Shown: one piece after another, positions 62,799-64,000 of the stretch
Layout: the number at the start of each line of letters is the position of its first letter
Position numbering within the stretch: the first letter of the stretch is position 1
NCBI GenBank assembly: GCA_965237415.1
Contig: CBDEFM010000002.1
Span: 3,936,001 to 4,000,000 of the forward strand
Direction: 5' to 3'
DNA length: 64,000 bases
Source of the DNA: Alphaproteobacteria bacterium
GTDB taxonomy: Bacteria > Pseudomonadota > Alphaproteobacteria > UBA828
Made by a program: the position numbers and the translations under genes
The notes under the pieces: generated by a model
What the model saw: only the letters and a program-made list of their open reading frames with translations
Databases searched by the model: none
Told to the model about the DNA's origin: nothing

Positions 62799-62888
62799 GG
62801 TGAGGCCTCGATTGCTCTTTGAAGGCCTAGTTCTTCAAATCATGAAACATCGGGCTCGTTCCGACCCTCCGGCCGCGTGACCCGGCGC

Positions 62889-63587
62889 TCAGCCGTCAGC
62901 GCGGTGCCAGGCCGTGAGCGCGGCGAGGTCGTGGAAGGTGATGTCCGGCTCGACGTCGACCGGCGGCGTGGCACCGCCGGGGCGGCCGGCGCGGCGGTCG
63001 ATCCAACAGGTGGCGAAGCCGGCTGCGCGGCCGGGCTGGACGTCGTGGAAGAGGCTCTGGGCCACGTGCAGCACCTGGCCGGGCGCGATACCCTCGTCCG
63101 CGAGCAGCGCCTTCGCGCGTTCGAAATGCGCCGGCGCCGGCTTGTAGCTCCCGACATCCTCGGCGGTGACGACGGCGTGGAAGGGGTCGCCCAGGCGCCG
63201 GGCGCTGTGGGCGAATGAGGCCCGGTCCACGTTCGAGAGCACCATCAGCAGCCCATGCTGCTTGAGGTAGGCAAGCGCCTCCACCGTATCGGGGAAGGGC
63301 GGCCAGTCGGCGATCGAGGCGCCGAACGCGTGGGCCTTCTCATCCGTCGCTACGTGACTGAAGTCGGCCGCGATTGCCTTGCAGACGCGGCCTAGCACCT
63401 CGGGATAGATCATCGCCGGGTTCTCTTCTTGGATGGCGTGCTCGTGCCGGGCGAAGGCGGCGAGTAGTGCCTCGTCGGCGGCATCGATCGCCAGAAGCGC
63501 GCGGAGCGCCCGGAGCATGCCTTGCTCCCAGTCGATGAGGGTGCCGTAGCAATCGAAAGTGAAGGCGCGAAAGGCGCTCGGGTTCAT
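62889..63587 (-). CDS. HAD-superfamily hydrolase (haloacid dehalogenase type II-like)
   Basis: FDCYGTLIDWE, LSNVD, GSYKP, HVAQSLFHD, WIDRR. Confidence 0.92.
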   Translation of the reverse strand: MNPSAFRAFTFDCYGTLIDWEQGMLRALRALLAIDAADEALLAAFARHEHAIQEENPAMIYPEVLGRVCKAIAADFSHVATDEKAHAFGASIADWPPFPDTVEALAYLKQHGLLMVLSNVDRASFAHSARRLGDPFHAVVTAEDVGSYKPAPAHFERAKALLADEGIAPGQVLHVAQSLFHDVQPGRAAGFATCWIDRRAGRPGGATPPVDVEPDITFHDLAALTAWHRADG

Positions 63588-63646
63588 AGGCTCATCCTGC
63601 TGTCATGGGTGTTGGTCCGGCGGACACGCGCGGCGCCGGCAGGAAC

Positions 63647-64000
63647 TCAGCGCGCCGGGCCGAGATGCGCCTCGAAGAACCTTAGCATACGCGCCTGCGA
63701 ATCCCGCCGCGCCTCGGGGTTCCCGGCCACCGTGTGGAACTCGCCGGGCGGCATTTCAATGACAAATGGCCCACCCATGGGCAGATCGAACGAATGATGG
63801 GTGTCCGGATAGATCGTCAGGTCGACGTGGTCGGGGTCCCGAGAGGCGACAGCGCTGCAGAGCCGGGCCGGGGTCCAATCGTCGTCGGCGCCGATCAGGA
63901 TCTTGACCGGTACATCGAAGCGATAGAGGTAATCGAAGCAGTAAGGATAGTACGCGACCGCTGCCGCGTAATCTGTCTTCGCGCGGCCGTGGGCGGTCGC
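63647..64000 (-). CDS. Dienelactone hydrolase family protein, 5' partial
   Basis: Hand translation: AAAVAYYPYC...VKILIGADDDWTPA...IYPDTHHSFD...RMLRFF; not in the ORF track because its start lies outside the window. Confidence 0.8.
   Translation of the reverse strand, partial: ATAHGRAKTDYAAAVAYYPYCFDYLYRFDVPVKILIGADDDWTPARLCSAVASRDPDHVDLTIYPDTHHSFDLPMGGPFVIEMPPGEFHTVAGNPEARRDSQARMLRFFEAHLGPAR

Overview
A high-GC (roughly two-thirds G+C by eye), gene-dense 64 kb chromosomal segment, most likely alphaproteobacterial (inferred from the ilvE-MarR-OmpR-EnvZ block, proC-YbjN, a non-discriminating-type aspS and an alphaproteobacterial palindromic repeat). Core genes sit at the ends: ilvE, proC and gpt on the left, guaB and aspS on the right. 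Between them lie about 45 kb of accessory catabolic genes with four ABC importers. Best candidates for undescribed systems: (1) a putative pyridine/N-methylpyridinium catabolic region at 16.3-27.6 kb, with a TgnB-like flavin monooxygenase plus hydrolase and an operon of Rieske oxygenase, NicX-type 2,5-dihydroxypyridine dioxygenase, a TorT-like ABC importer and an amidohydrolase; (2) a 5 kb cassette bounded by a 22/24-bp direct repeat, encoding a three-subunit thiocyanate-hydrolase-like Co nitrile hydratase with an SDR, a crotonase and a D-aminoacylase-like amidohydrolase; (3) an isochorismatase-fold protein with all three catalytic residues replaced; (4) a Rieske oxygenase with a small non-canonical partner. 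Three genes look eroded by deletion (kynureninase, Doc toxin, transglutaminase). No rRNA, tRNA, CRISPR array, transposase or integrase was recognised. All family calls come from motif recognition by eye and recalled sequences, not from database searches.
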